A stretch of 64,000 bases of DNA. It comes from Octopus vulgaris. Taxonomy: Eukaryota. The notes under the pieces were generated by a model. That model saw only the letters and a list, made by a program, of their open reading frames with translations. It was not told where the DNA came from and ran no database searches. Both the position numbers and the translations under genes were made by a program. This document shows positions 38,471-51,299 of the stretch, in pieces. The first letter of the stretch is position 1; each line of letters opens with the position of its first letter. Location of the stretch: assembly GCA_951406725.2 (NCBI GenBank), contig OX597817.1, forward strand, positions 56,854,001 to 56,918,000, written 5' to 3'.

Positions 38471-38930
38471 CATGTACATTGTTTTGTCTTGGTATAAAAG
38501 ATGATCTACAGCAAATGTTCTGCTCAATACCACAGATTTGCTTGTCAGTTGCTTGACCATAACCAGTTGAGCATGTCTCTTGGTGGCTGACGATATGTGC
38601 ATCTCTGATCACGAGTAGATGTAGTGGGGGAGCATCATAGCCGTGTGTTGAGAGGGATTCTTTGGGGTTTGGATAATTCACTTTCGAAACACTTTAGTTT
38701 CGTTCAATATCCCTAAACAACCCTTATTCAGGGACCTTTTGAGCGGGATGGGTTACTCGACCAGAAAAAAATTCTAACTGGGCCCCACCTGAGATCACCA
38801 TGTCACTCACATATGATTGTGATGCATGTGTCTGATGTACCCTTATCAGACGGGTAGTCATGATGGGTGTACTGGGCTTCGTATATTTTACTCCAGTGTC
38901 ACTTTGATGGTATGCTTCGATCTCTCACGC
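38471..38930 (+). mobile_element. 5'-truncated copy of the (TAA)n-associated non-coding element
   Basis: Reverse complement of 28373-28862; (AAT)n on both sides. Confidence 0.8.
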
Positions 38931-39505
38931 TATAATAATAATAATGGCGCTGCTGCTGCTAATGATGAAGATGATGATGATGATGACGATGATGGTGATG
39001 GTGATGATGACGATAACAACAATAACGATAACAATAACAATTAATAATAGTCTTTATTGTCAAATAAATATAAATGGTAAGTTACTGTTTTTTATTTTAT
39101 TTTGTTGTTTTTTTAAATTTCTTTCTTGGTGTATTTCAGCACCTGATCACGTTGTCAAGGAAACTGAAACTTACAAAGAAACAATATAACAAACATAAAT
39201 CATCCAACAAAACAGTAGAAGGTGATTATGTCTTAGGTGGGGAGGAAGAGCCAGGGTTCAAATCTCTGCTCGGGAATTTTTTTTAATTTCCTTTCATGTT
39301 TTTCTTTTATATATTTTACTCAGCAGCACATCATTTTCTATATTCGGCTAGCTGACTGATCGATTAATCGATTTATTTATTGATTAAGTATACCAGAAGA
39401 CGGAAGACGGGAAGGAACAAAGAAATAAAGGAAGAAAGAGGGAAAGAGGATGGGATAATCAATAACAAGGAGAAATGAACAGAGATAGATTTTGGTGGGG
39501 CAATT

Positions 39506-40990
39506 CACAGCAACCTAAACACCAAACATCCCAGGTGTTTAACTAATGTCAAAGTGACCTAAACATGAATTTGGCCTAGAACATGTTTAATGAATGCCAC
39601 AGTGACCGAAACTCCAGGCCTGAATAAGGTTTAGCTAAATTCACAGCAATCTAAACATCAGATTTGGCACAGCTTATTCAGGGTCACAGCAATCTAAACC
39701 CTAGGCCTGGAATACGTTTAGCTAGTGACACATTAACCTAAACACTAGGCTTGCAATATATCGACGCAATGTCATGCCAACAAGAACAACAAGCGTGAAA
39801 TATGTTTCGCCAAGTTCACAGCAACCTAAACGCCAGGCCTGAAACATGTTTAGCCCGTGTCACAGCAAGCTAAACACTAGGTTTTGTGTGTGTTTGCCCA
39901 AAGTCACCAGAACGTAAACACCAAACCTGGAATGTGTTTAGCCAAGTTCACAATAACCTAAAAACACGGCCTAGACTGGGCTAAACACTAGTCCTAGTAT
40001 ATTTGAAAAATCACAGCAACCTAAACATCAAGCCAGGAATGTGTTTAGCCAAATTCCCAGCAACGTAAACATAAGGCCTGGAATATGTTTAATGAGTGTC
40101 ACAGCGATTGAAGCCAGAATCTAGTATAAGTTTAACCAATATCAGTAACTTAAACAGCAAACTTGTCCGAATTATGTTAATGTTTAAGCAATGTCAATGT
40201 GAGCCTAAACACCAAACCAGTCATGTTTTCCAATCTCATAAGCATCTAACTACTGAACATTAGATGCTTCTCTACTGTCACAACTTAAACACCTGATAAA
40301 GCATGTGTTCAGTGAATTTTACATTAAACAACCCAAGCTTGACACCTGTCTAATTCATATTAAACATTATAATACTTAGTTAAACACCAGATATATCAGG
40401 TGTTATATCAATATCACAATATTCACACCACACTTCAAATATGCTTAAATAATGATACAGCCTAAACACCAAATAAGGCACACGTTTAATCGAGATCTCA
40501 TATACCTAACATCAAAATGTTAGATGCTTCACCAGTCTCAACGAATTCTTAAACAGTATCACAACCTAAACACCAAAGGTATTTAGTGTTTAATGTCACA
40601 GTACACAGGTGTTTAGCGAATGTTACAACAACCTAAAAACCAAGTATCTCATATGTTTAACTAACGTTACAGCAATTTAAACACCAAATATGACAGATGT
40701 ATGACTATTGTCACAGCAGTCTAAACATAAAGTATATGAGATGTTTAACCATTGCTTCAGTTAACTAAACACTGGATATATTTATCCAGCCTAACAGCAA
40801 CTTAAACACCAGATATACAAGATATTTCTCCAGTGTCTCGGGAACCGAAACACTAGTCGGGGCAGATATTTTAATTAGTGCCAGGGCAACTTAAACATCA
40901 AACGTGTCCATGTTTCACCAGTTTTGGAGCAATTTTCAACGTCAGGTACATCAGACGTTTAACCAACTTCACAACCTAAACACAAGGAAC
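39506..40990. repeat. Diverged 44-bp tandem array with internal dyad symmetry
   Basis: Unit starts at 39506, 39550, 39598, 39642, 39685, 39729, 39773, 39817, 39861, 39905, 39949 and onward. By-eye consensus CACAGCAACCTAAACACCAGGCCTGGAATATGTTTAGCCAAGTT. Confidence 0.9.
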
Positions 40991-41049
40991 TCACTGGCAA
41001 ATCTGGATGTAGCATTTTCAGAGAAGCCTTTTGGTTGATCTTGTAATTC

Positions 41050-41080
<31 letters not shown>

Positions 41081-41207
41081 AGATGTTGTTGTTGTTGTTG
41101 TTGCTGCTGTTGTTGTTATTGTTCTTGTTGCTGCTACTCTGGTGGTTGTAGCTGAAAGAGGAAATGTTCTTGTTATCGTTACTGTTGACAGTTTGAAGTT
41201 GTTGTGT

Positions 41208-41263
<56 letters not shown>

Positions 41264-43177
41264 ATAATAGTAGTAGTAGTAGTAGTAGTATCAATAGCAT
41301 TAGTTTTTATGATAATGTTTGTAATTGTGGTCGTTGTTGCTGTTGTTGAAGCAAAGTTATCATCCCTGTCATTGTTGTTGTTCTTCTTGCCACAATTGTT
41401 GTAATTAGTACTGTTGCGGTTGTTGTTCTTGTTGCTGAAGTTCTGGTTGTTGTTGTTGTTGTTGTTGTTGTTGTAGTTGTCATAATCACTGAAACTCTTC
41501 TTCTTCAAGCAGTCGTTAATCTGTTGCTTGTTAATCTCGTTGTCGTCGCTGTTTCAATCCATTTATATTGTTTCTTGTTGTTTTTATTATCATTGACATT
41601 GTTGCTGTTGTTGTTGCTGTCACAGTTGTTATTATTGGTCACAGAGTTGTTGCTGTTGTTGCTGTTTAATTCCAGGATAATACCGATCCAGCAATCATAT
41701 AACCAAAGGCGTCCACTCATGACCATCCCGACTTCTCAGGAATACATAGGACTACATTACTGAATGTATCCTTTCTTTATTTAAAGCTGAATGAGGTGAT
41801 TAAAGAGAAATTTTGTTGTTATTTTTAGCAGGTGCAGCAACCACATAGGGGCCTTTTTGTTGGTTTGTAAGTTGCCGCTATTCACGCTGCTGCTGCTGTT
41901 ATTAATGTCGCTATCATTCTTGTTGCTGCTTCTGATGTTGTTGTTGTTGTTGTTGTTGCTGCTGTCGTTTATCCCCACCTTATCGGTCATTTCAACCGTG
42001 ACCATTTCCTATTTTCATATATCTAGGAGGAAATCACTTAATGTTTCTTTCTAATTTGAGGGTAGATTTTGGCTGTTATCTCTAGGAGATCGAGTGATCA
42101 CATAGAAGCTCCTTTGTTCGTTTGTTATTCGTGTTGATGATGATGATGGTGGTGAGGACGATGAAGTATCAGCGGATAGTTTTTAGTGTTTGTTTGTTTA
42201 TGTTTTTCTATTTTAAAGCTCTTGGCTTTGGCAACATCCTGAAGGGAGCAAAACATAGCGAGTCCGAAACAGTGAGGTGATGGGTTCAAATCCACTCCAT
42301 TCACTTTTAAAGCAACAACTGAGGAGCTTCATTTCGACCACAGATATGTGTTGGGTGGGGTCATGCAACAGTGGGCGTGTCTCAGTGGTGGGTGTGAGTT
42401 CTCCCATTCTGAATAGCGGTGGACAATGGCGCTATTCAAAGAAATGAGGGCGGTGGGCGTGGTTATAAGTTAGGTGGGACTGGAGTGAGATGGTTAAACA
42501 TAAGGATTATTTTGGGGTTAAGGCGGGGCCTAACAGCGTAAGAGTGACAGGGATTCTCCTCAAATCAATCACATACATACATACACACAGAGACACACAC
42601 ACACATATATATATATATATAAACACACATGCAAATACAGACATAGTACATTTCCTTTGGCAATCAGTCTACCTCTCTCTCTCTCTCTCTCTCTCTCTTG
42701 ACAGGTCAGCTGTATCCATTACTGGGCGGAGTCACATCTGTTGATTGACACCACTGGAACACAGGAGGTTCTGAAGGAAGCACAGCACATCAATACATTT
42801 TCATCAGACCCACTGTGCTGCCACATCCTAATACGAAACCGAGACCATGCTGTTACGAAGCGAACCTTACCACACAGTTATTCCTATATTCATTAAGATT
42901 TTAATGAGTTTCGTCTTAGAAGCTCGACCCCATACAATACAACCCCAATGATATGATTTGAACTGCCGACCTCCTCAACGGTGTCCGATAGACTCTCAAT
43001 TAAATCACTTGTCATCATATTAATATCCGACCATATCTATCCTACCACTTTCCACCAAACTACTCCACCACCAACCTACGTTGCACTACAGCTGTTTCGT
43101 ACCCTTCCACAACGCACAACTGCTCCATACCCAGACGTTCCCCTCTGTGACCCTGGAAAACATGCACACACACACAC

Positions 43178-43217
<40 letters not shown>

Positions 43218-43370
43218 ACACACACACACATACATACATACATACACAACACAGTACCACGCGTGATTTTCATTCAAATGTATCTTCACAGAGTTTCCCG
43301 AAACTCGGAGTAGCGATTTGTGAAGATCCTATTTCGTTTAACTGTATACACTAACGTGCAGCCAACTTTG

Positions 43371-43402
<32 letters not shown>

Positions 43403-43636
43403 CCGTGTGACAGCGTGCTGTGACCAACGGTGTCAAATGGACGCCCGACGGACTGGTCAGTCAAGGTGTTAATGTGATATATACCATGTAATCTCACGCA
43501 GTCTCATCCAAACACGGAGGCTTGTTAGTGGGACGCTTGAAAAACTGTGGAATTATCTGCATGAAACCATTAGCAGCATTGTTAATCCACAAATAAAGAA
43601 TCTAAATATATATAGACATATATATGTATATGTTAA

Positions 43637-43782
43637 TCACACCTGGATTTCAATGTCATTCTTGAGAGTGGTGTTTTTAGCTGTGTAGGTGGCCAGCAAG
43701 GACTGGTTCAGTTCAGGGTTACTGTAGGCAAACCGTTTCGAATTAAATGACTGCAAACCCAGCTTCTCCTCCCGTTCAAATT
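43637..43782 (-). CDS. Terminal coding exon of a small coiled-coil protein gene
   Basis: Acceptor TTTTTGTTTGTATTTCAG| in phase 1, matching the upstream donor. Reads (E)FEREEKLGLQSFNSKRFAYSNPELNQSLLATYTAKNTTLKNDIEIQV* with no internal stop. Confidence 0.7.
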
Positions 43783-43951
43783 CTGAAATACAAACAAAAA
43801 CAGCAAATTATATTTATAATTGATTAATTGTATTCATAATTGATTATAATGTTAATCATCATTTTTTTTTTCAATCTACGGTGAAACAGATAAACTAGCC
43901 CTGTTTATAAAGGTAAGATAGAAGTCGTGTGTGTTTGTGCGTGTGTGTGTA

Positions 43952-44021
<70 letters not shown>

Positions 44022-44310
44022 TGCATGTGTATGTATGTGCTTAGCAGCATTTTGTCCGTCTTTACGTTCTGAGTTCAAATTCTGCCCAGGTAGACTTTGC
44101 CTTTCGGCAATTTCAACCAATCAATGACGTCTATTGAGGTGAAAACAATTTCTGCCGAAACATTTTCTGGCGGTGTCATATGAAAATGTCCCTGTTATTT
44201 ATGAGAAAAAAGATACCCTGTGGCCATAAACTGAACTTTTTTAGTTACATAGAAATTATTTTAAAAATCTGCCGGTCAAAGTGAAAAGATCCATGTTGTT
44301 TGTTTCTTAC

Positions 44311-44470
44311 CAGAAATCTCCCAATCTTCCCAGTACGAATCGTCATCCGTAAGACTCTGAAGCTCGTGTTGTTCGGCAGCCTGCTGCCTTTGACTCTTCA
44401 GCCATTCTATGTTGTCTTGGCATTGCTGGAGTTGGGAGAGCAACGCCTTGTCTTGAGCACGAATGAAATT
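44311..44470 (-). CDS. Internal coding exon, LURAP1/FAM89/FAM167-like coiled-coil motif
   Basis: Acceptor TTCTCCTGTTTTCTATTTCAG| and donor |GTAAGA; 160 nt. Reads NFIRAQDKALLSQLQQCQDNIEWLKSQRQQAAEQHELQSLTDDDSYWEDWEIS. Confidence 0.75.
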
Positions 44471-44565
44471 CTGAAATAGAAAACAGGAGAATGACAGAAG
44501 GACGGAATTAAATACGCTGAATATGATAGAGACAATCATACATGTCGTGTAGACTGCATACATAG

Positions 44566-44720
44566 AGGCAGTATGGTAAGAAGTTTGATTCCCAGCCACA
44601 TGGTTCTAGGTTCAGTCCCACTGCGTGGAACAGCGGGTAAGTGTCTTCTATTATAGCTTCGAACCGACCAAAGCCTTGTGCGTGTATTTCGTAGACGGAA
44701 ACTGAAAGAAGCCCGTCGTA
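44566..44720 (+). mobile_element. SINE family C, 5' half
   Basis: Colinear with 413-570. Confidence 0.75.
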
Positions 44721-44764
44721 TAAATGTGTGTGTGTGTGTTTCTGTTTGTGTGTGTGTGTGTGTT

Positions 44765-44841
<77 letters not shown>

Positions 44842-45118
44842 AACCGACGCCTGTCTCCCTTACACAGAAACAGACTCGCTAACCCCTGATACATCTTTCT
44901 TCCAGCATCAACACCCAAGGGCCCTCACCCGCCCACCCATCAAACATCCACACCCTCATCCCAGCAGTTCTCTTTGATCTTACCTCGACACCTGGAGCTG
45001 AGAACCATAATAGATCAGGTGAGCTTTCAGCACCTCGAAATGTGAGAGATTTGCCTGTGACCACTACCACCACCGCCACTACATTCACCACCAGCACCAC
45101 CAACGGCAACCTCAGTCG

Positions 45119-45497
45119 AGGCGCAATGGCCCAGTGGTTAGGGCAGCGGACTCGCGGTCGGAGAATCGTGGTTTCGATTCCCAGACCGGGCGTTGTGTGT
45201 GTTTATTGAGCGAAAACACCTAAAGCTCCACGAGGCTCCGGCAGGGGGTGATGGCGACCCCTGTTGTGCTCTTTCGCCCCAACTTTCTCTCACTCTTTCT
45301 TCCCACTTCTTGTCCTCGACTTCCTATGCAACCGCTGAGCCTGCATGCGCATTCATCCATCCTTCGATGCTCTCGGTGTCGGGGGTTGACCTGCTTTCTC
45401 TTCTGCGGGTCTTACGAATAGCAAAGGATCACGTTTCGGACTTCTCCCATCTTGCGAGCTCTGGGACGAAGACCGTTCGCTCAACAGCAACAGCAAC
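45119..45497 (+). mobile_element. tRNA-derived SINE family D with a (CAA/CAG) tail
   Basis: GGCGCAATGGCCCAGTGGTTAGGGCAGCGGACTCGCGG...GGTTTCGATTCCC tRNA-like head, followed by a unique body. Confidence 0.75.
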
Positions 45498-45792
45498 CAA
45501 CACTACCAGCAACATATCCACCAATAACGACATCAACACTCATCAATGGGAGAACCTCTATGTGGTTGCTCGATCCGCTAAAAATAACAGCCAAAGCTCT
45601 CTCAATCACATCCTGTTGTCTTCAATAAAAAAAAAATAATAAAGGATACAGAACACAGTGTAGTCATATGGAATAATAAAATGTTAGGGTGGTCATGGCT
45701 AGAAAGCCTTCGATTATAGAATTGCTTGGTCAAAGCTAATAAGGGTTAGGCAAAAAGAACATTGTCACTCGCATCACCTCCATTATCATCGG

Positions 45793-45962
45793 TGGCGTCA
45801 CCGCTACCATCGGCGTCACTATCACCTTCGGCGTCAACGCCACCATCGGTGCCAACGTCACCATAGACGCCAACGCCACCATAGACGCCATTGCCACCAT
45901 AGGCGCCAACGCCACCATAGACGACAACGCCACCATAGGCGCCAACACCACCATCGGCACCC
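45793..45962. repeat. 18-bp minisatellite, about 9 units (GGCGCCAACGCCACCATA)
   Basis: Read directly from the sequence. Confidence 0.85.
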
Positions 45963-46366
45963 TGATATGTCACCACCAATACCACCGCCATCGCTATACC
46001 ACCATCTCAACCCCATACCAAGACCACGGCAACAACAACAATAACCACCCTGCTGTTTTCGTATTATCACCTTCCGGCTCTGATTATTTCTTCGTTGATA
46101 ATAAAAGATCGATAAGTGATATTCGTGAGATAATTGGCCAACACATTACAACGCACAACTCTAAGCAACCAATCAACAAACAGGTACAGAATTCAGGACA
46201 CACGTGACTGCTTTTAAATGTGATAAATATACTGAAATCCATTTCTGTCTTCTAATCTAATATTCGAATTATCGCTACATATGGTCGATTAGGGCCGATC
46301 CTACTTTTCTTTTTCTTTTTTTTTTCTTTTGTTTTGTAGATATGATTCGTTTTATCTGCCCATACT

Positions 46367-46382
46367 TATGTATGTGTGTATG

Positions 46383-46414
<32 letters not shown>

Positions 46415-46997
46415 TGTATGTATGTATGTATGTATGTATGTATGTATGCATGTATGTATGTATACATGTGCGTGTGTGCGCGTATATTCATAAATGCATG
46501 AATGTATGTATGCATGTTTGTATGTGTGTGTATATATGCATGTATGTACGCATTATGCATGTAGCCATGCATGTATGCATGTATGTATGTATGTATGTAT
46601 GTATGTATGTATGTATGTATGCATGTATGCATGTATGCATGTATGTATGTATGTATGTATGTATACATGTGCGTGTGTGCGCGTATATGTATAAATGCAT
46701 GAATGTATGTATGCATGTTTGTATGTGTGTGTATATATGCATGTATGTACGCATTATGCATGTAGCCATGCATGTATGCATGTATGTATGTATGTATGTA
46801 TGTACGCATGTGTGTATGTATGTGTATGTATGAATGCATGTATGCATGTAGGCATGCATGTATACATGCAGGCATGCATGTATGTATTATGTACGCATGC
46901 ATGCATGTATGTATGTATGTATGTATGTATGTATGTATGTATGTATGTATGTATACATGTTTGTATATGTGCATGTTTGCACGTATGCATGTAGGTA
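46367..46997. repeat. (ATGT)n/(ATGC)n array with a ~201-bp higher-order duplication
   Basis: TATACATGTGCGTGTGTGCGCG at 46461 and 46662. Confidence 0.9.
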
Positions 46998-47004
46998 TGC
47001 CCAA

Positions 47005-47480
47005 CGTCATTTTCTACTACTATATTCCCGGGTTGATCAAAGCCTTGTTACCTGTTAGCCCCGGTCTGACCAAAAGCCTGTCTCTTTTTTTTTTTATAGC
47101 CTGAATCTGACCTAAACCATTCTACTTTAGTCTTGGTTTGACAAAATAATTGTCATCTACTGTAGAACTGGTCTGACCAAATCTTTTATTTCCATTATTG
47201 CCACGTCTGAATAAATCCTTAATTGCTTCTGTAGAACTGAACACCAAAGATTCTTTTAAAATTGTCTCTGACTGGTGAACGTCTTTTCTTCCATTTTGGC
47301 ACTCGTCTTCTCTTTCTACCGAATTGACCAAAGCCTGCTCATATATACTCTTGCCCTGAGCTGACCAATGCCTTGTCTACTACTATATTCCTGGCAGACC
47401 CAAAGCCTTGTCTTCTAAAATAGTTCTGTTTCATCCTAACAATGTTTTCGACTCTATCACCATTATAATCAAAGCTTTGT
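47005..47480 (+). repeat. Degenerate ~35-bp minisatellite derived from an internal SINE C segment
   Basis: Units resemble TGTCTTCTACTATAGCCTCGGGCCGACCAAAGCCT. Confidence 0.7.
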
Positions 47481-47914
47481 TAATAGTTAGCACCGTTGAG
47501 GTTTACTTTCTTATTAACGGCGATAGTCTTAATCTGTCGTTTGTTTTAACATCGTCACCTGGTCTTTGGATTCCTTTAACAGAGGGGAGTTACTATGGTG
47601 CAAACATTTGAGCTAAATTTCCGGTCAGAAAACTACTTTCAGTCTTTTTAATCATAAGACTGAGAGACCCTGAAAAAGTCCCTCTCTTTCTCTCACACAA
47701 AGCAGAGATTCTTTTTTAAACAGTCCCGTCTGTTGCACCAATCCGACAACTTTATCTTAAATCCTGTTACTATTCGGCAGGTTTATGAATCTCAAGTTAT
47801 GTAAGATAAGATTCGATGCGTCAGTTACGTGAGAATTTGAATTGCAATAAGTTTAAAACAAGTTTGGAAGATTTTCCTAATTGATCACTGATTAAAATAT
47901 TTTATTAAGAATAA

Positions 47915-48510
47915 AGCGGCGAGCTGGCAGAATCGTTAGCACGTCGGGCGAAATGCTTAGCGGTATTTCGGCTGCCGTTACGTTGTGAGTTCAAATTCCG
48001 CCGAGGTCGACTTGGCCTTTCATCCTTTCGGGGTCGATAAATTAAGTACCAGTTAAGCACTGGGGTCAATATAATCGACTTAATGCCTATGTCTGTCCAT
48101 GTTTGTCCTCTCTATGTTTAGCCCCTTGTGGGTAATAAAGAAATAGGTATTTTATCTGCCGCTACGTTCTGAGTTCAAATTCCGCCGAGGTCGACTTTGC
48201 CTTTCATCCTTTCGGGGTCGATAAATTAAGTACCAGTTACGCACTGGTGTCAATATAATCGACTTAATCCGTTTGTCTGTCCTTGTTTGTCCTCTCTGTG
48301 TTTAGCCCCTCGTGGGTAGTAAAGAAATAGGTATTTCGTCTGCCGCTACGTTCTGAGTTCAAATTCCGCCGAGGTCGACTTTGCCTTTCATCCTTTCAGG
48401 GTCGATAAAATAAGAATCAGTTGAGTACTGGGGTCGATGTAATCGAGAAGCCCTCTCCTCCCGCCCCACCCCGCCCCAAATGTCTGGCCTTTTGCAAAAA
48501 TTTGAAATAA
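47915..48510 (+). mobile_element. Head-to-tail trimer of SINE family B
   Basis: One full unit followed by two units restarting at GGTATTT..TCTGCCG (~48147 and ~48330). Confidence 0.88.
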
Positions 48511-48861
48511 TAACCAACACCCTCTTATTTGTTAATTTTGTTAATAATACACCCAAGAATTCGACTAAGATTGATTCCTGATCGTTGCCATTTGTGGGAA
48601 GCATCAATCAAAACAAGTGCGAATACGTGGCTCGCGAGACTCACTGCTCGCACATTCGTTCCGGCACCATTTTTTCACCAGACCCAGAGGTCTGATTGAA
48701 AAGGCGAGTGCAGTACAAAGCACACGCGGACGATTATGACTTGGCAATGTGTATCATGCTTTCGCTAATTCTTTTAGGTGCTTCTGTAATCTCGAGCAGA
48801 TACCGGTGCCCTGTCGGCTCTCTCACCTTCAGTCGTGCTGCGCATCCAAGATATGATAGCC

Positions 48862-48939
<78 letters not shown>

Positions 48940-50330
48940 GGCAGACAGACAGACAGACAGACAGACACAGACAGACAGTGGTAGAGAGATACACCAGTAT
49001 CCATCTCTTAGCTCTTTTACAGTTGAGCAAGGTAAGGTGAGATAAAATGCCTTACTCAAGGACACATCACGCTAACCGATTCAGGAAATGAACCCTCGAC
49101 TTTATGACCGTAAGTGTTTTTCCATTTGATCAGACTAAGTTGGGGGTTAAATAATGGTACAAAACATTACATACAAACATCTCATAATAGACTGTAAAAG
49201 CTTTCACGAGAAAACAATACAACACAAGAAATACCCAAACAAACCTTGCAATACAATAACTATGTAGATGTAACACAAACACCTTCCTACTACAGCCAAA
49301 GACAATACAGTAACCACCCATGTCACCAACTGAAAGCTGCACCTGGAGGTGCAGCATTGTGTTAAACGTCTCACGTTTCCAAAGACAGGACTTTTAAAAA
49401 AAAATATTCTTTTCAAGAAATTCAACCGATCACAGCGTCATATTTCATTAACCAATGATTAAATAGTCATATAAATGACAAAATAACTAAACATCTACTT
49501 ATTTAAACACTATTGTAAGGCGAGAAGAAATTGGGTCGTCTGCCGACTCCTTGATCGTCTGCATTCCTACATTTTGTTTCATCCTCCTCGTTCCTTTTCT
49601 TCATTAATTCATACAGACATATAAAAATAGTCAAGTAGATTTTATTGCTTAGTAACCGTTTGTTACTGGTTTGACAATTTTGTAGTTTTTATTTGTCCAG
49701 CGTCAACCTACTTATTAGAAAGAAGAGGAAAAAAATAACTATTGTAAAATGTCGCGATGATTGTAGTTTCTGAGATAGTGACTGTGGCGGTGGCGGCGGT
49801 CGTGGTTGTGGTGGCGGTGGCGGTGGTGGTGGTAGTGGTGGTGGTGGTGGCTGTTGTTGTTATTGTTTTTTTTTGCTATTGTCGTTTAACCCCAGATCAG
49901 ATCTGATCAACAAGACCTCATTTCTCGTTTATCTTTTGCGTTTGTTTCAGAAACTGGAGTGTGGCCATTCTGGAGCACAGCATCAGAGAGTTTTTAGTCA
50001 AATGAACCAACCCCTGCACTTAAAAAATAATAATAATAATAATAATAATAAGTCTGGTACTTATTCTGTCGGCTCATTTTGCTGCACCGCTAAGCTGGGG
50101 AGCGAAAACAAGCTAACGCCGGTTGACAAGCGATGATAGGGGATAGCTACACACACACACACACATCTATTTAAATAGCGTGAAACCACTAAAATGTTTC
50201 GGATACAAACTGATGAGAAAGTCAGCAGTTCCTTGTATAGTGTTTTTGTATCCCTTTTCTGTCCGTTATGGTTTCGCCCAGTTTCGTCTATTTTCCCCTT
50301 CTCTGTCTAACTTTTGATATATATATATAT

Positions 50331-50395
<65 letters not shown>

Positions 50396-51299
50396 CGTTG
50401 GAGTGGTGGAGGTGGTAGCGAGGTGTTCGCTTTTTCTTGTTACTCTCTTGCTCCTCTTGCTTCTTTTCCTCCTCCCCTCCTCCTCCTACCTCCCTTATAA
50501 ATTCTAATGGCTTAAGAAGAAAAGCTCTAATACCTGCTGCCATTTTTTGCAGGGGGCCCCCATGGGAGGATTCCCACTGAACGCTGTAAACTGATGGACC
50601 ATCAACATTCGATTAATTATTCAGTAGCCCCCATCCTCGAGTGGGGAAATGTCGGTCAGATATCAGAAATGCTAAAGCGTCAGTGCAAATAACTCTCTCT
50701 CTATTTAACTCTGTCACTCTAACAACAAATCGAACAACAACAACAGCAGCAGCAGCAGCAGCAATAGCAACAACAACAGCAAAGGTAATGGCAACAACAG
50801 TTTGGTAGGTTGATGTTCACTTGAAATTCTTTTCGGTTCCATTGTCAGTTTGCAATGACCTCTCTACATCAACAAGAGTACTTCATGACGAAGTGGAGGG
50901 TGGGTACATATAGAGAGAAAGAGAGAGAATGGGAAGAGAAAGAGATAGGGGGTGGAGAGAGAGGGGTGGTGGAGAGAGAGGGGGTGGAGAGAGAGAGACA
51001 CACACACACAGACATGAGAATATTTGCGGGACACACACACACACGTTAGGGCTATTTGTTTAACATACTTGTGAACACACTTCTAAGAGCACTTGCCTTT
51101 GTTTTCGAATCTGGATGATGGCCATGGTAATTCATACAACATATATTTTATATTTACTGTTTGCAAAAAGCGCGGGTCTATGAAACCAAACGGAACAAAA
51201 CTGAAGTGGCCGCCAAGCAGAAAAGATCCTGGGTCTGTTTTTAGTATATTTGCGGGCATGCATGTGTTGTGTGTAAGCACGATGGATGTGTGTGTGGGG

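Noticed and set aside
39506-40990. CRISPR-like appearance of the 44-bp array
   Set aside because: The variable parts are homologous to each other rather than unique spacers, the repeats are degenerate, there are no cas genes, and the context is eukaryotic
42235-42282. Hammerhead-like CTGAAG...CGAAAC
   Set aside because: The core lacks the conserved A, and stems I and III and the cleavage triplet do not form
44984-45054. Possible 71-nt upstream exon (minus strand, CACAG|...GAG|GTAAG)
   Set aside because: The donor is good and the phase could fit, but there is no polypyrimidine tract and the peptide does not extend the coiled-coil motif; unresolved without RNA data
45119-45195. tRNA gene
   Set aside because: The A/B boxes continue into a SINE body and tail and the acceptor stem does not close; the same applies to the heads of SINE families A-C
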